Positions 53,333 through 63,216 of a DNA stretch of 64,000 bases are shown here, in pieces. The position numbers and the translations under genes were made by a program. The notes below the pieces were generated by a model that did no database searches, had not been told where the DNA came from, and saw only the letters and a list, made by a program, of their open reading frames with translations. Every line of letters begins with the position of its first letter. Within the stretch, counting starts at the first letter, position 1. Origin of the DNA: Candidatus Methanomethylicia archaeon. GTDB taxonomy: Archaea; Thermoproteota; Methanomethylicia; CALHIW01. The stretch covers positions 1 through 64,000 of the forward strand of contig JAWBQF010000004.1 in assembly GCA_038845975.1 (NCBI GenBank). Direction: 5' to 3'.

Positions 53333-54235
53333 ATGTTGAAGCTACTTCCTAATGAGAGTTTAAGATTGGAGTTAAAGCCACATCCATTAGTGTTTTGGAA
53401 GTTTTATTGTTTAAGCTTTTATTTCTTATTTCTAGCTTTTGAATCTGTGTATTGGAAAGCACTACCTATATATATGTATGAGTGGATTAGTAGATTTATT
53501 CCTAGTAGTTATAATATTACTGCTATTGTTTTATTTCTTGGAAGCTTTATTGCAGTAGCTGTTATTATTGGATTACTGGAAATCTCCTTAAAGCTTGTAA
53601 TTCTCCTTACTGTAATGGGGGTTTTAGGTGTAGTTATTGTTGAATACTTTAATCTTGGATTTAATGGCTATACATTCATATATGTTATTTACAGTATACT
53701 TATTATTGGATTAACAGATATCTATAGGAAAGCACATAAATACTACATTACAAATTTTAGAATCGTATCAGCTAAGGAATTTATTACTCATGAATTTCGT
53801 GAAGTAACATTTGATAAAATTAGTGATATTGTTCTTAAGCAGGGGGTTTTAGGAAGAGTTTTTGGTTTTGGGTCATTAATTCCTATAACGACTTCAGGTT
53901 TTGGACTTGGATCAGATTTCAGCATAGCTGGAGGGGGAATATTAAGTAGAGGGGTAGGAGTGGGAATTGGAGGTGGTAAAAGTGTTAATATTCCACGTGG
54001 ACGAAGCTACTTTATACTATATGGTGTTAGAAAACCTAGAGAAGTTTTAAATTTAATATCTCAAATAAGGTATGAGTATATAGAAGCTCCTTATCTTAGA
54101 AAGATATCACAAGATCTGGAAAGAGTTATGATGCAAGTTGCAGGAACTAAGCTATTAAAATGCCCTAAATGCGGAGTAGATATTATTGGAGATTCTAACT
54201 ACTGCAGTAATTGCGGATTTAAATTAAAGAGTTAA
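53333..54235 (+). CDS. Membrane protein with bacterial PH (bPH_2) domain and C-terminal zinc ribbon
   Basis: TM helices, YYITNFRI...KISDI..KQGVLGRVFGFGSL, Gly-rich loop, CPKCG...YCSNCG. Confidence 0.8.
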   Translation: MLKLLPNESLRLELKPHPLVFWKFYCLSFYFLFLAFESVYWKALPIYMYEWISRFIPSSYNITAIVLFLGSFIAVAVIIGLLEISLKLVILLTVMGVLGVVIVEYFNLGFNGYTFIYVIYSILIIGLTDIYRKAHKYYITNFRIVSAKEFITHEFREVTFDKISDIVLKQGVLGRVFGFGSLIPITTSGFGLGSDFSIAGGGILSRGVGVGIGGGKSVNIPRGRSYFILYGVRKPREVLNLISQIRYEYIEAPYLRKISQDLERVMMQVAGTKLLKCPKCGVDIIGDSNYCSNCGFKLKS

Positions 54236-54990
54236 AGCTTTAGGAATTCCTGAACTGATATTTTCCTAATTTTAGGAATGTTTATAGCTATTGGTGTTAA
54301 TGTATAGAGCTCAATTTCTGATGCAGCCCACTCTAATAATTTTGCAGCAATTTCTAGTTTTGCTATTTTCACTCTTCTATCTATCTTTACTCCATACTTA
54401 GAGTATTTACCGATTCTCTGCCCTAAATCCATTCCAATCATACCTACGACTCTAAGCCCTAAAGCCTTAACTATAAATACTCCACGGTCACCATCAGTAA
54501 ATCCACCGAAATTATATACATATGGTCTAGGTTCTACTTGAGTTGATCCTAATGGATTCTTTAGCATTGGAACATATTTTAATAGCTTCTCAATATTATC
54601 ACCGTGAGCATGAACAATAATCATAGATCCATTTCTATTTGCCTTTATAATATCTTTCAATAAACCATCTAGATCCGTAACTATAATATTGGGTATTATT
54701 CTACTTTTTAATAGAAAGGATGTTGCACCATTAGCTGATACTATGAGGCAATTCTTAATCTGTTTTAGAATTGAGTGGGATTCCTCAAGTGATGGCCCAG
54801 CACCTACAACAATAGCTTTACTATAGTTTTTACCTAAATCATATAGAGTCTCTATGAAGCCATGATTTTTCGAAAGAAGATTACTTAGGATATCTGTTGC
54901 TTTTTGATCAAACTCAAAGCTTAAGTTAAGTTTAAGCCTTATGTAATCATACCATTGATACCATTTGAACTTATCAGTAAACCAAGCCAA
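54232..54990 (-). CDS. mptE: 6-hydroxymethyl-7,8-dihydropterin pyrophosphokinase (archaeal)
   Basis: VGAGPSL, IVTDLDG, VHAHGDN, GSTQ, NFGGFTDGDR, IGMD. Confidence 0.93.
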   Translation of the reverse strand: MAWFTDKFKWYQWYDYIRLKLNLSFEFDQKATDILSNLLSKNHGFIETLYDLGKNYSKAIVVGAGPSLEESHSILKQIKNCLIVSANGATSFLLKSRIIPNIIVTDLDGLLKDIIKANRNGSMIIVHAHGDNIEKLLKYVPMLKNPLGSTQVEPRPYVYNFGGFTDGDRGVFIVKALGLRVVGMIGMDLGQRIGKYSKYGVKIDRRVKIAKLEIAAKLLEWAASEIELYTLTPIAINIPKIRKISVQEFLKL

Positions 54991-55039
54991 TACATCACCA
55001 ACATAGAGTGAAACTAGTAAATTTACTATTACTAATGAT

Positions 55040-55327
55040 TTAAATCTCTAATCCAAGCTTCTCTAAAACATTCTTAAACCTCTCTATTTCATTTAAGAGT
55101 TTATTACCTTTTTCAGTTATGATGTAATATTTTCTCCCATTATTCTCTATTCTCTTAAGTATGTTTTTACTTATCAATTCATTTAGTAGAGGCTCCAAAC
55201 GATCATAAGGTATTCTTGAGCCATACATTATCCTAGTTATTGGAGCTTTACCCTCATCTTTCACACATTTTAATACATCTCTAATAATACTTAGCCTACT
55301 TCTTACTTGTCTACGCAAACTATTCAC
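55040..55327 (-). CDS. Winged-helix transcriptional regulator (ArnR1/COG3432-like)
   Basis: RSRLSIIRDVL...ITRIMYGSRIPYDRL...YYIITEKG. Confidence 0.88.
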   Translation of the reverse strand: MNSLRRQVRSRLSIIRDVLKCVKDEGKAPITRIMYGSRIPYDRLEPLLNELISKNILKRIENNGRKYYIITEKGNKLLNEIERFKNVLEKLGLEI

Positions 55328-55872
55328 CTAACTCTTAAACCAAGAAATAATGTTAGAAGACCTATAGGCCTAAGTGCTTCTGATAAAAGCATTATTTCAG
55401 GTAATGCATGATATATACTATTAATTTCTACAATATGATGTAGTGCTAAAATAATGAATCCGAGACTAACTAGAAATGATTTACGTTTAAAGCTTTTATA
55501 TGCGAGAAAAGAGAGTAAAATGAGAGAGAAGACATGAATACTGAATGTGAATAAAGCTACTTGATGGCTTTCTTCTCTATGAGGTATGTAAGAGAAAAGA
55601 ATCATTAAACATCCAAAAGCATCCATAAGAGATGCGCTTAGATATAGATAAGTTAATACTGTAGGTGTTTCTACTAGAGGTAGGAATGCAAGCATGATGG
55701 AAGCTAGTGAAATCATAGCAAAGCCAAAGCCAAGAAATCCAAGCATATCATCAAGTGTACTCCAATATATTCTTAATAGCCTATAGGATATGGAGAAGGC
55801 AAAAATAAAGGATAAGACCTCAAGTATAAGCGTTAACATTCCAAATACATCAATCATAAATACTAGCTTCAA
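55324..55872 (-). CDS. Polytopic membrane protein (about 6 TM), coupled to the wHTH gene
   Basis: Hydrophobic helices with internally repeated LGFGFAMI / LGFIILAL; 4-nt overlap with the wHTH gene. Confidence 0.78.
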   Translation of the reverse strand: MKLVFMIDVFGMLTLILEVLSFIFAFSISYRLLRIYWSTLDDMLGFLGFGFAMISLASIMLAFLPLVETPTVLTYLYLSASLMDAFGCLMILFSYIPHREESHQVALFTFSIHVFSLILLSFLAYKSFKRKSFLVSLGFIILALHHIVEINSIYHALPEIMLLSEALRPIGLLTLFLGLRVR

Positions 55873-55899
55873 ACATATATAAAAACATTATCTAACCAT

Positions 55900-56888
55900 G
55901 GTTTTGGCGTAAAATTTTGGAAAGGCTTATTTTTGTGAGTTGTGGTTGTTTTGGGTATGGGAAGGCGTAGGAAACGTTTTAATTGGGCTTTGTACGAGAA
56001 TCTCTGTAGAATTGAGCGTGAAGAGGCTTTTGGCTTGTTGAGGTGGGCTGTGTATTCGCTAGATCCACCTTGGGACTGCAGGTGGAAGGGAATTGGACGT
56101 AAACCTTACGATGCTAGGGCCTTAACTGTGCTTACTGTATGGCAGGAGATTGAAGGTAAGCCTGAAAGGGCTTACACGGCTGACCTTGAAAGAAATAAGG
56201 AGCGACTGCACATGCTTGGTTTGGAGCATGCGCCTCACAGGACAGCCCTATACCGGACAAGGAAGAGGCTTTCTGATGAGTATATGGAGAAGCTGAACAG
56301 GAGAATCCTTGAAAGGCTTAAGCATGCCGGAAAGGTGAGTGCAGATGCCACTGGAATGCGCATGTCAAAACGAGACTGCGCATGGTCTTCAGCCAGCCTA
56401 AACGGCAGAAGGGAATACACTAAACTCCACAGCTTATTCAACCTTGAAACGGGAACAGTTAAAGCTTTCAAGGCAACAGGGGAAATGAACATGAATGTAA
56501 ACACTTGCCAGACCTCCTAAAACGCTTAGATGATATGGAATGCTTTGTGGCGGATCCAGGCTACCTTTCCAGAAGAAATTGCATGCTAGTCGCTGAAAAG
56601 GGAGGTAAGCCATACATTAAACCAAAAAAGAACAGCCTAATGAAGGCTAAGGGATGCTGGATATGGAAGAGCATGGTAACCCTCTACAGGATGCACCCAC
56701 GCATATTCAACCACTCCTACAAGCTACACCAACGCATAGAAGCCGGATGGCATTCGCTAAAAAGCATTGTAGGCGACCTAATAAGAAACAAAACAATAAA
56801 AACCATAAAAACGGAAATATGGGCAAAAATCATCTGCTACAACCTCATCTGGACAATCAGAGGAAGACACAAATTTTGAGCCAAAACC
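55900..56888 (+). mobile_element. IS5-family element (ISH1-like), 989 bp, transposase split by one frameshift
   Basis: IRs GGTTTTGGCGTAAAATTT / AAATTTTGAGCCAAAACC; perfect 8-bp TSD CTAACCAT (55892-55899, 56889-56896); visibly higher GC than the flanks. Confidence 0.95.
55957..56879 (+). pseudogene. IS5-family DDE transposase in two frames (55957-56520, 56505-56879)
   Basis: ADATGM, YTKLH, ADPGYLS, PYIKPKKN, YKLHQRIEAGWHSLK. A -1 shift near 56480 joins the halves (RGNEHECKHLPDLL). Confidence 0.88.
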
Positions 56889-56901
56889 CTAACCATTCCT
56901 C

Positions 56902-57663
56902 GTCTTGCGAACTTTAGCTTTATTTAGAGCCTACTTCCTTATTTATGGTTAAAGTTATTAGGTTTATTGAAAAGAGCTTCATTTACTCTAGTTTTATAGT
57001 GCTTATATTTATTCATTATAAGACGGTTTTGGATATTAGGTTTATTATTGTAGAGTTTTCATATTATGGTTAGATATTTAATTAATAGAAATATTAGAAT
57101 TGTTATTTGATGATGTAAGTTAGGCTTTAAGGAGAATTGTTATGTTTCTTCATTATTAGGATACACTTACATATGGATTACAATACCGTAAACATTACAT
57201 CTCTTCATTCCTTAAAATATTAGGCTATTAACTCTAAACAACTATATCAACTGATAAAGCACTTTAGAGCCATGTAAAATACTAATTAAACATAAAGCAT
57301 ATAGTTTGAAATTAAAAACTTAATGGATAGAGCTAAACTATTCAATAATTATATGCCATAATACGAGGTAAAGCATTATTGTGGATATGTATACATTCTA
57401 TGGATCAATAGTATTATTATTGTTTTCTTGCTGTTGCTATTGATGTTAGTATTGATAAGCTTTTGAATGCTTATAGGCGTGGAGAAAATATACAGTACAT
57501 TTAGGATAAAGCTAAGCCATTGATAATTGTATTCCATAGCGAAGAATAAGTATGATAGGTGAATATGTAAACATACTAAACGAAACATGGGTTGATAAAA
57601 AGATAAAAGCTAAGAATTCATAGAAGAACATACCAAAATAGAGATGATAAAACATGCTTAAGC
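56902..57663. mobile_element. Family-B element, copy 3, inverted and more diverged
   Basis: Begins GTCTTGCGAACTTTAGCTTTATTT and ends ACCAAAATAGAGATGATAAAACATGCTTAAG, the reverse complements of the family-B ends. Confidence 0.8.
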
Positions 57664-57755
57664 TCAAGGTGAGAGAAAGTCTATTTCTAATGGTCTAAGC
57701 ATGTTAAGGATTATAGGATTTGCTAAATCTTAGTTTAAGCTATTATGGCCTATAG

Positions 57756-57800
57756 TATGTACAGACTGTACATATTGACTGTGAACAAGCTTTTTATAAT
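57756..57800 (+). promoter_or_regulatory. Perfect palindrome plus CTGTGAAC motif upstream of TATA
   Basis: TATGTACAG-A-CTGTACATA (57756-57774), then CTGTGAAC-AAGC-TTTTTATAA; CTGTGAAC-TAGA-TTTATAAG recurs at 58401-58420. Confidence 0.55.
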
Positions 57801-57827
57801 TTGAGATTTAAACTATTCTGGACAAAT

Positions 57828-58298
57828 ATGAGAAGAACAGTACTGGTAGCTACACTATCTGTACTAGTGGTAATGGCAGTAATAGGCTCATGGGCTTTAC
57901 TAGCAGCTCAATCTAACATAACAAGTACTACAAGTTCCAATGAATTAAACATAACAACTCCTCCAATATGCTGTAGGGGGATACCCTTAGGTAAGATACG
58001 GAACTGGTGGGGAGGTATACGTGTTGAGCTTAGTGAAGAATTTAAGAGTAAGGTTACCAACATAGTAAAAAATGACCCTGATGTTCAGAAGCTACTTGAT
58101 GATGGGTACAACATAGTATCTATTAGGCCAATATTTAAGGTAATTATAGATGCTAATGGAAATGTAGTAATTAAAGCGGTAAGTGCTAACGTACTACTTC
58201 AAAAGAATAAAGTAGGATGCGTATTAGTTCAAGTAGACTTAGAGCAAAACAAAGTAGTAAATATAATTATCTCAACTAAAACAATAATTCAAAAATAG
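57828..58298 (+). CDS. Secreted/membrane-anchored hypothetical protein
   Basis: N-terminal signal-like helix, Thr/Ser linker, VELSEEFK..V.NIVKNDPDVQKLLDDGYNI domain. Confidence 0.8.
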   Translation: MRRTVLVATLSVLVVMAVIGSWALLAAQSNITSTTSSNELNITTPPICCRGIPLGKIRNWWGGIRVELSEEFKSKVTNIVKNDPDVQKLLDDGYNIVSIRPIFKVIIDANGNVVIKAVSANVLLQKNKVGCVLVQVDLEQNKVVNIIISTKTIIQK

Positions 58299-58448
58299 AA
58301 TCTAAAATTCATATATTTTTTATAATAATATTCAATTGTAGAAACTAGGTAAGGCAAAAGTTATACCTAAATTGTATAGCAGCCATTAAGTATATACTGT
58401 CTGTGAACTAGATTTATAAGTTACTATTAATCGTTATGTAGGATTACT

Positions 58449-59141
58449 ATGGAGTATACTATAGAAACAGTAGATTTATTGAAAACTTATGTTTCAGGTA
58501 CTGTGGAATATCCAGCTCTTAGAAATGTTAATTTAAAGGTTGCAAGAAGTGAATATGTAGCTATTGTTGGGCCTTCAGGTAGTGGTAAAACAACACTTCT
58601 TAATCTTATAGGAGCACTGGATAAACCAACTAAGGGCGAGGTATATATTGATGGTATACCGATATCTAAGCTAAATCATAATCAACTTGCAGAGCTGAGA
58701 AGTAGAAAGATAGGGTTTGTTTTCCAAACATATAATTTAATACCTTACTTAAACGTTCTAGGTAATGTTGAGTTACCTATGATGTCGTTAAATACTCCTC
58801 CAAAGCTAAGAAGAAAAAAAGCATTGGAAATTCTTGAAACACTCGGATTAGCTGATAAAGCATACAAAAAGCCTAATGAGCTTAGTGGCGGTGAACAGCA
58901 ACGTGTAGCTATAGCTAGAGCATTAGTAAATGATCCTGCTATAGTATTAGCTGATGAACCTACCGGAAACCTAGATTCTAAAACCGCCTTAAACGTTGTT
59001 GAAACCTTTAATAGGCTAAACACTGAAAGAGAGGTTACAGTAATACTTGTAACTCACAATCTTGAAATAACAAAATTCTGTCATAGAATAGTTTATTTAA
59101 GAGATGGAAGCATAGTTAGGGAGGTGATTCAGAGAAAATGA
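58449..59141 (+). CDS. ABC transporter ATP-binding protein (LolD/MacB type)
   Basis: GPSGSGKTT, IGFVFQTYNL, LSGGEQQRVAIARAL, LADEPTGNLDS, VTH. Confidence 0.95.
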   Translation: MEYTIETVDLLKTYVSGTVEYPALRNVNLKVARSEYVAIVGPSGSGKTTLLNLIGALDKPTKGEVYIDGIPISKLNHNQLAELRSRKIGFVFQTYNLIPYLNVLGNVELPMMSLNTPPKLRRKKALEILETLGLADKAYKKPNELSGGEQQRVAIARALVNDPAIVLADEPTGNLDSKTALNVVETFNRLNTEREVTVILVTHNLEITKFCHRIVYLRDGSIVREVIQRK

Positions 59142-61123
59142 AAAGAACAATTTTCCTACTAGCTATACTAATTCTAGCTCAAGTAGTAGTGTTGAATGCT
59201 AATGGGAATTTATTTAAGGTAGTTAATGTAGTATGGGGATCATTAGATTCGCCCATAGAGGTAGCTCCAGGAGATTTAAACGTACCAGTAACCATAACCT
59301 TACAGTATACTGGAACAAATCCATTAACAGCCATTGAAGCATACATATTTCTCCCAGGGGGATTTACTTCAACTAATGGTGAAAAAGTTATAAAAGTGTT
59401 CTCTACAGTTCCAGGAGGAAGAATAATTCAGTTACAATTTAGCTTAAATTTAGATTCTAAAATTAAGCTTGGAGATTACGCTATAGCTATGATTATTAAT
59501 GGTATTAGCGGCTCCTCAATAATACATACTGAATCCTTAACCTTTACTCTTCCAGTTAAGGGAAAAGTATCAATAGACTTTATACCGAATCCATACAATA
59601 TTAAACCAGGACAAATAAATACCGTAAACATAACATTAAGAAATAGTGGTGCGTGTAAAGCATTAAAGCTCTCAATATCTTTCTCTTCATCTCAAGCATC
59701 AATAATAAACCAGACAGTCTTTGATTTTGAAGAACTTAACCCTAACTCCACAAAAAACTTAGTAGTCCACCTATATGTTTCATCAACATTCTCCTCAACA
59801 CCAATATATTTAACAGCAAGTATAAAATACGTAAATGAATACTCATACACTATGATGTTAATTAAGCAAATTCAAATGTACGTTGTAAGACCCTTAATAC
59901 CATTACTAACCATTAATACTTCGAGAGGAGAACTTCAATCAGGTACTATAAACATTATTGATTTAAGCGTTAAAAATAATGGGGCTGAAGCTGTTTATGA
60001 TATTATTTTAACAGTAAGTACTCCGGGAGGAATTGGATTAATAGGATCAGATGGAAAGTGGAGTCTTGGAACTATTGAGCCGGGAAGATTCAAGACTTTA
60101 AATCTTACACTGTATATCCCACCATATCAGTCCTCATCTACTATGCAGATTACATTCTCTCTAAGTTACTACGATTCTACAAATAACTTTAAAACTGAAT
60201 CTAGAACATTAAGCTTCCTCATAGCTCCATTAATCCAGAAATCTCCATTAACTATTCAAGTAACCCCATCTGAAATATATACTGGAATAACTAATAATGT
60301 AACGTTAAGAATTACTAATAATGCTCTATACGATCTTAAAAACCTAAAGATTACATTATCATCTTCTCAAGCTATTTTACTTGATACTGATAATATATGG
60401 AGTATTGAAAAGCTTCCATCAGGAAAATATCTTGATATATCCTTGAAACTATATCCTCAATCAGCAACAATAACCTCTATACAATTAGCATTATCCATAT
60501 CATACTATGATGAGCTTAACATCCTAAATCAAGAAGCTAGAAGCATAAACTTACTGGCTAGGGGATTAGTTGACCTTAAAGTTACCAATATAGCAATAGC
60601 TCCTGAAACAGTTGTTTTAGGACAACCATTCTCAGTTTCAGTTACTATAACTAATACCGGGACAATAACAGCCTCTGGAGTTTCAGCTACTATTGAGCAG
60701 GAGCCATGGTTTAGAATTGTAGGACGTCAAACAGTATTTATTGGAGATATACAGGTTAATGTGCCGACCTCTTTTACAATGTCATTTATAGCTTTAAATA
60801 TAACACAGCCTACAGCAGCACGTACTATAAGTATTACTCAGAGACCTATTAATATGACAAGACCATTCAACATAACAGGTTCTTCGAGAAGTATTCAGCC
60901 TACAATTAAGGTAACTCTATCCTACATGGATAATCTTAGAACACGTCATACACAAACACTAGAAATACCTATAACATACTCCACCACTACGATGCAAACA
61001 TATACTACAAGACAACAAACCCAAACTACAGGCTTCCCCATAAGTAACGTTTTAGTATTAGCAGTAGCTGTAGGAATATCATTTATGGTAGGATATTTAA
61101 TAGCTAGGAGGAGAGTTAAATGA
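59138..61123 (+). CDS. Multi-Ig-domain S-layer-like (COG1361-type) membrane-anchored protein
   Basis: Signal peptide, repeated beta-sandwich units (I..G..N...L.(V/I).N.G ... I..L.PG ... LSY.D), Thr-rich linker, C-terminal TM. Confidence 0.8.
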   Translation: MKRTIFLLAILILAQVVVLNANGNLFKVVNVVWGSLDSPIEVAPGDLNVPVTITLQYTGTNPLTAIEAYIFLPGGFTSTNGEKVIKVFSTVPGGRIIQLQFSLNLDSKIKLGDYAIAMIINGISGSSIIHTESLTFTLPVKGKVSIDFIPNPYNIKPGQINTVNITLRNSGACKALKLSISFSSSQASIINQTVFDFEELNPNSTKNLVVHLYVSSTFSSTPIYLTASIKYVNEYSYTMMLIKQIQMYVVRPLIPLLTINTSRGELQSGTINIIDLSVKNNGAEAVYDIILTVSTPGGIGLIGSDGKWSLGTIEPGRFKTLNLTLYIPPYQSSSTMQITFSLSYYDSTNNFKTESRTLSFLIAPLIQKSPLTIQVTPSEIYTGITNNVTLRITNNALYDLKNLKITLSSSQAILLDTDNIWSIEKLPSGKYLDISLKLYPQSATITSIQLALSISYYDELNILNQEARSINLLARGLVDLKVTNIAIAPETVVLGQPFSVSVTITNTGTITASGVSATIEQEPWFRIVGRQTVFIGDIQVNVPTSFTMSFIALNITQPTAARTISITQRPINMTRPFNITGSSRSIQPTIKVTLSYMDNLRTRHTQTLEIPITYSTTTMQTYTTRQQTQTTGFPISNVLVLAVAVGISFMVGYLIARRRVK

Positions 61124-62388
61124 GACTAACAGATACCTTACTTATCAGCTTTACACATCTAAAGGAGAGAAAACTTAGAACATCCTTAACCATTCTAGGC
61201 ATTACTATCGGCATAGCAGCCATTATTGCTTTAGTTTCACAAACAGCAGGTATTAGTGCTAGTATTACGGGAACATTGGAGAAGCTAGGTCCAACAACAA
61301 TAATGGTTTCATCCGCTAATCCCCGTATTTTAAGGCTTACAGATGTAGAAACATTTAGAATTAGAGAGATTCCAGGTGTGGCTGAGGTTATACCTGTAAC
61401 TTTTGATAGAGTATTTATACAGGTTTCAGGTGAAACTCAGCAAGTAACCTTAATAGGTATTAACGCAATAGGTTTAAATAATCTTGTAGGTGAAGTGAAG
61501 CTTAATGAGGGAATAATGTATTCCGACTCTATAGTTCCACAAGCAGTTATAGGTATTAATATAGCTAAAAATACAGGAGTAACTATAGGCCAACCCTTAG
61601 TGGTTCAGAGAGGAAATAACTTCATATCGATTCAAGTTGTAGGTATATTATCTAGCTATGGAGCCTCAGCATTTTTATCGGTTGATGATGGAATATTTAT
61701 ACCTCTTGAAGCTACATCAAGCATGTTTAATAAGCTAGCATACGATATGGTCTTTGTTAAGGCAGAATCAGTAGAGTTAATAGATGGAGTATTAGAGTAT
61801 TTACAGGTAATTTATGGTAATGATATTAGAACCATAAGTGTTGCACAGCTTAGTCAAACAGTTAGTTCAATCATATCCTCCTTAAGTCTATTTCTAGGAG
61901 GAATTGCTGCAATATCTTTAAGCGTAGCCGGTGTTGGCATTATGAATATTATGTTTGTTTCAGTCTTAGAGAGAACTAGAGAAATAGGAGTACTCAAAGC
62001 TATAGGATTTAAGAATAGGGATGTATTACTCATGTTCCTCTCCGAAGTAGTAATAATAGGAATTCTAGGAGGAATTTTAGGAGTAGTATCGGGAAGTACA
62101 TTATCATATTTTGTACCAAGCATTTTATCCAGTATGGCACGTGGAGCCATGGGTGGAACTCAAGTTAGAACTACTCAAATTAGAGCTGTAGGTCCATCAG
62201 CAGCTCCAGGAGCCATGCCGGGAACTATGACTACACAATCACCATCTTTATCGTATACTCCAATTGTAAGTATAGATATAGTAACTATATCAATATTTCT
62301 AGCTGTAACGGTAAGTGTGGTTTCCGGCTTACTTCCGGCCTGGAGGGCTTCAAGAATAGATCCTATAAAAGCATTAAGATATGAGTAG
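61120..62388 (+). CDS. MacB/FtsX-family ABC permease
   Basis: RTSLTILGITIGIAAII, GVGIMNIMFVSVLERTREIGVLKAIG, LPAWRASRIDPIKALRYE. Confidence 0.95.
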   Translation: MRLTDTLLISFTHLKERKLRTSLTILGITIGIAAIIALVSQTAGISASITGTLEKLGPTTIMVSSANPRILRLTDVETFRIREIPGVAEVIPVTFDRVFIQVSGETQQVTLIGINAIGLNNLVGEVKLNEGIMYSDSIVPQAVIGINIAKNTGVTIGQPLVVQRGNNFISIQVVGILSSYGASAFLSVDDGIFIPLEATSSMFNKLAYDMVFVKAESVELIDGVLEYLQVIYGNDIRTISVAQLSQTVSSIISSLSLFLGGIAAISLSVAGVGIMNIMFVSVLERTREIGVLKAIGFKNRDVLLMFLSEVVIIGILGGILGVVSGSTLSYFVPSILSSMARGAMGGTQVRTTQIRAVGPSAAPGAMPGTMTTQSPSLSYTPIVSIDIVTISIFLAVTVSVVSGLLPAWRASRIDPIKALRYE

Positions 62389-62394
62389 GAGAAA

Positions 62395-63081
62395 ATGTTG
62401 AGAATACCATTGCTTATCGGATTCGCCTTTATGTTTGTAGCGTTTCTAGTACCTATAGTAATGGTACTACCTCTAAATGAGTATTCATCTAAGATTATAG
62501 GTAATGAAGTCTTTCAAAACATTATATATGGTAAAAGCTATAGTAGATCTTGGGGTATTCTATGGAGTATATGTGAAAGGGAGGGGTATGTGATAGATAG
62601 TAATGGATTAGGAAACCTTAAGAAGACTCCAAGAAACATTGTTTTAATTAAGGGTGAAAACATGGTAGTGGTTAATGCAAGTTATGCTGAAATCCCAGTT
62701 TTCATGAATTCTGAGAATGGAAAATACTTATTTACAATCTATGATCTTAAAAATCCAACAATAATTGTGAAGAAAAATACACGTTTAAGAATGATTGTAG
62801 TTAATATTGATAAAGATACACCGCATAGCTTAGCAATAGTATCAAATCCACCACCATACCCATACTTAATACATATTATACATTATAACATAGCCTTTCC
62901 AGGAGCATCAACACCTAAACCAATGATTGGATTACCGCCAGTAAGAGGTAATAATTATCCAATATGGCTAATGGAGTTTACAGCTTCATCACCAGGAACC
63001 TACTACTATGTAAGCTTAGTTCCTGGACATGCAGCACGGGGAATGTATGGCAAATTAATAGTACAGAATGGAAACCAGTAA
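62395..63081 (+). CDS. Membrane-anchored rusticyanin/sulfocyanin-like cupredoxin with Cys-to-Ser at the copper site
   Basis: FTIYDLKNPTIIV, NIDKDTPHSLAI..PPPYP, PGTYYYVSLVPGHAARGMYGKLIV. Confidence 0.82.
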   Translation: MLRIPLLIGFAFMFVAFLVPIVMVLPLNEYSSKIIGNEVFQNIIYGKSYSRSWGILWSICEREGYVIDSNGLGNLKKTPRNIVLIKGENMVVVNASYAEIPVFMNSENGKYLFTIYDLKNPTIIVKKNTRLRMIVVNIDKDTPHSLAIVSNPPPYPYLIHIIHYNIAFPGASTPKPMIGLPPVRGNNYPIWLMEFTASSPGTYYYVSLVPGHAARGMYGKLIVQNGNQ

Positions 63082-63216
63082 ATCCTTTTAAAGCTATTTT
63101 ATAATAGGAAAACTTGTAAGCTAAACGCATATCTTATCCCATAACATACTACGTATTAGCTATATTGAATTGTAAGGCTTATAAGGATGTTGTTTTTACA
63201 TTAATATGTGATTTAA

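Noticed and set aside
56470-56495. Programmed -1 frameshift site in the IS transposase
   Set aside because: In the upstream frame the codons are ACA GGG GAA ATG, which do not form an X-XXY-YYZ heptamer; a simple indel is more likely.
57376-57588. 70-aa hydrophobic ORF
   Set aside because: It lies inside family-B copy 3 and is not preserved in the other copies.
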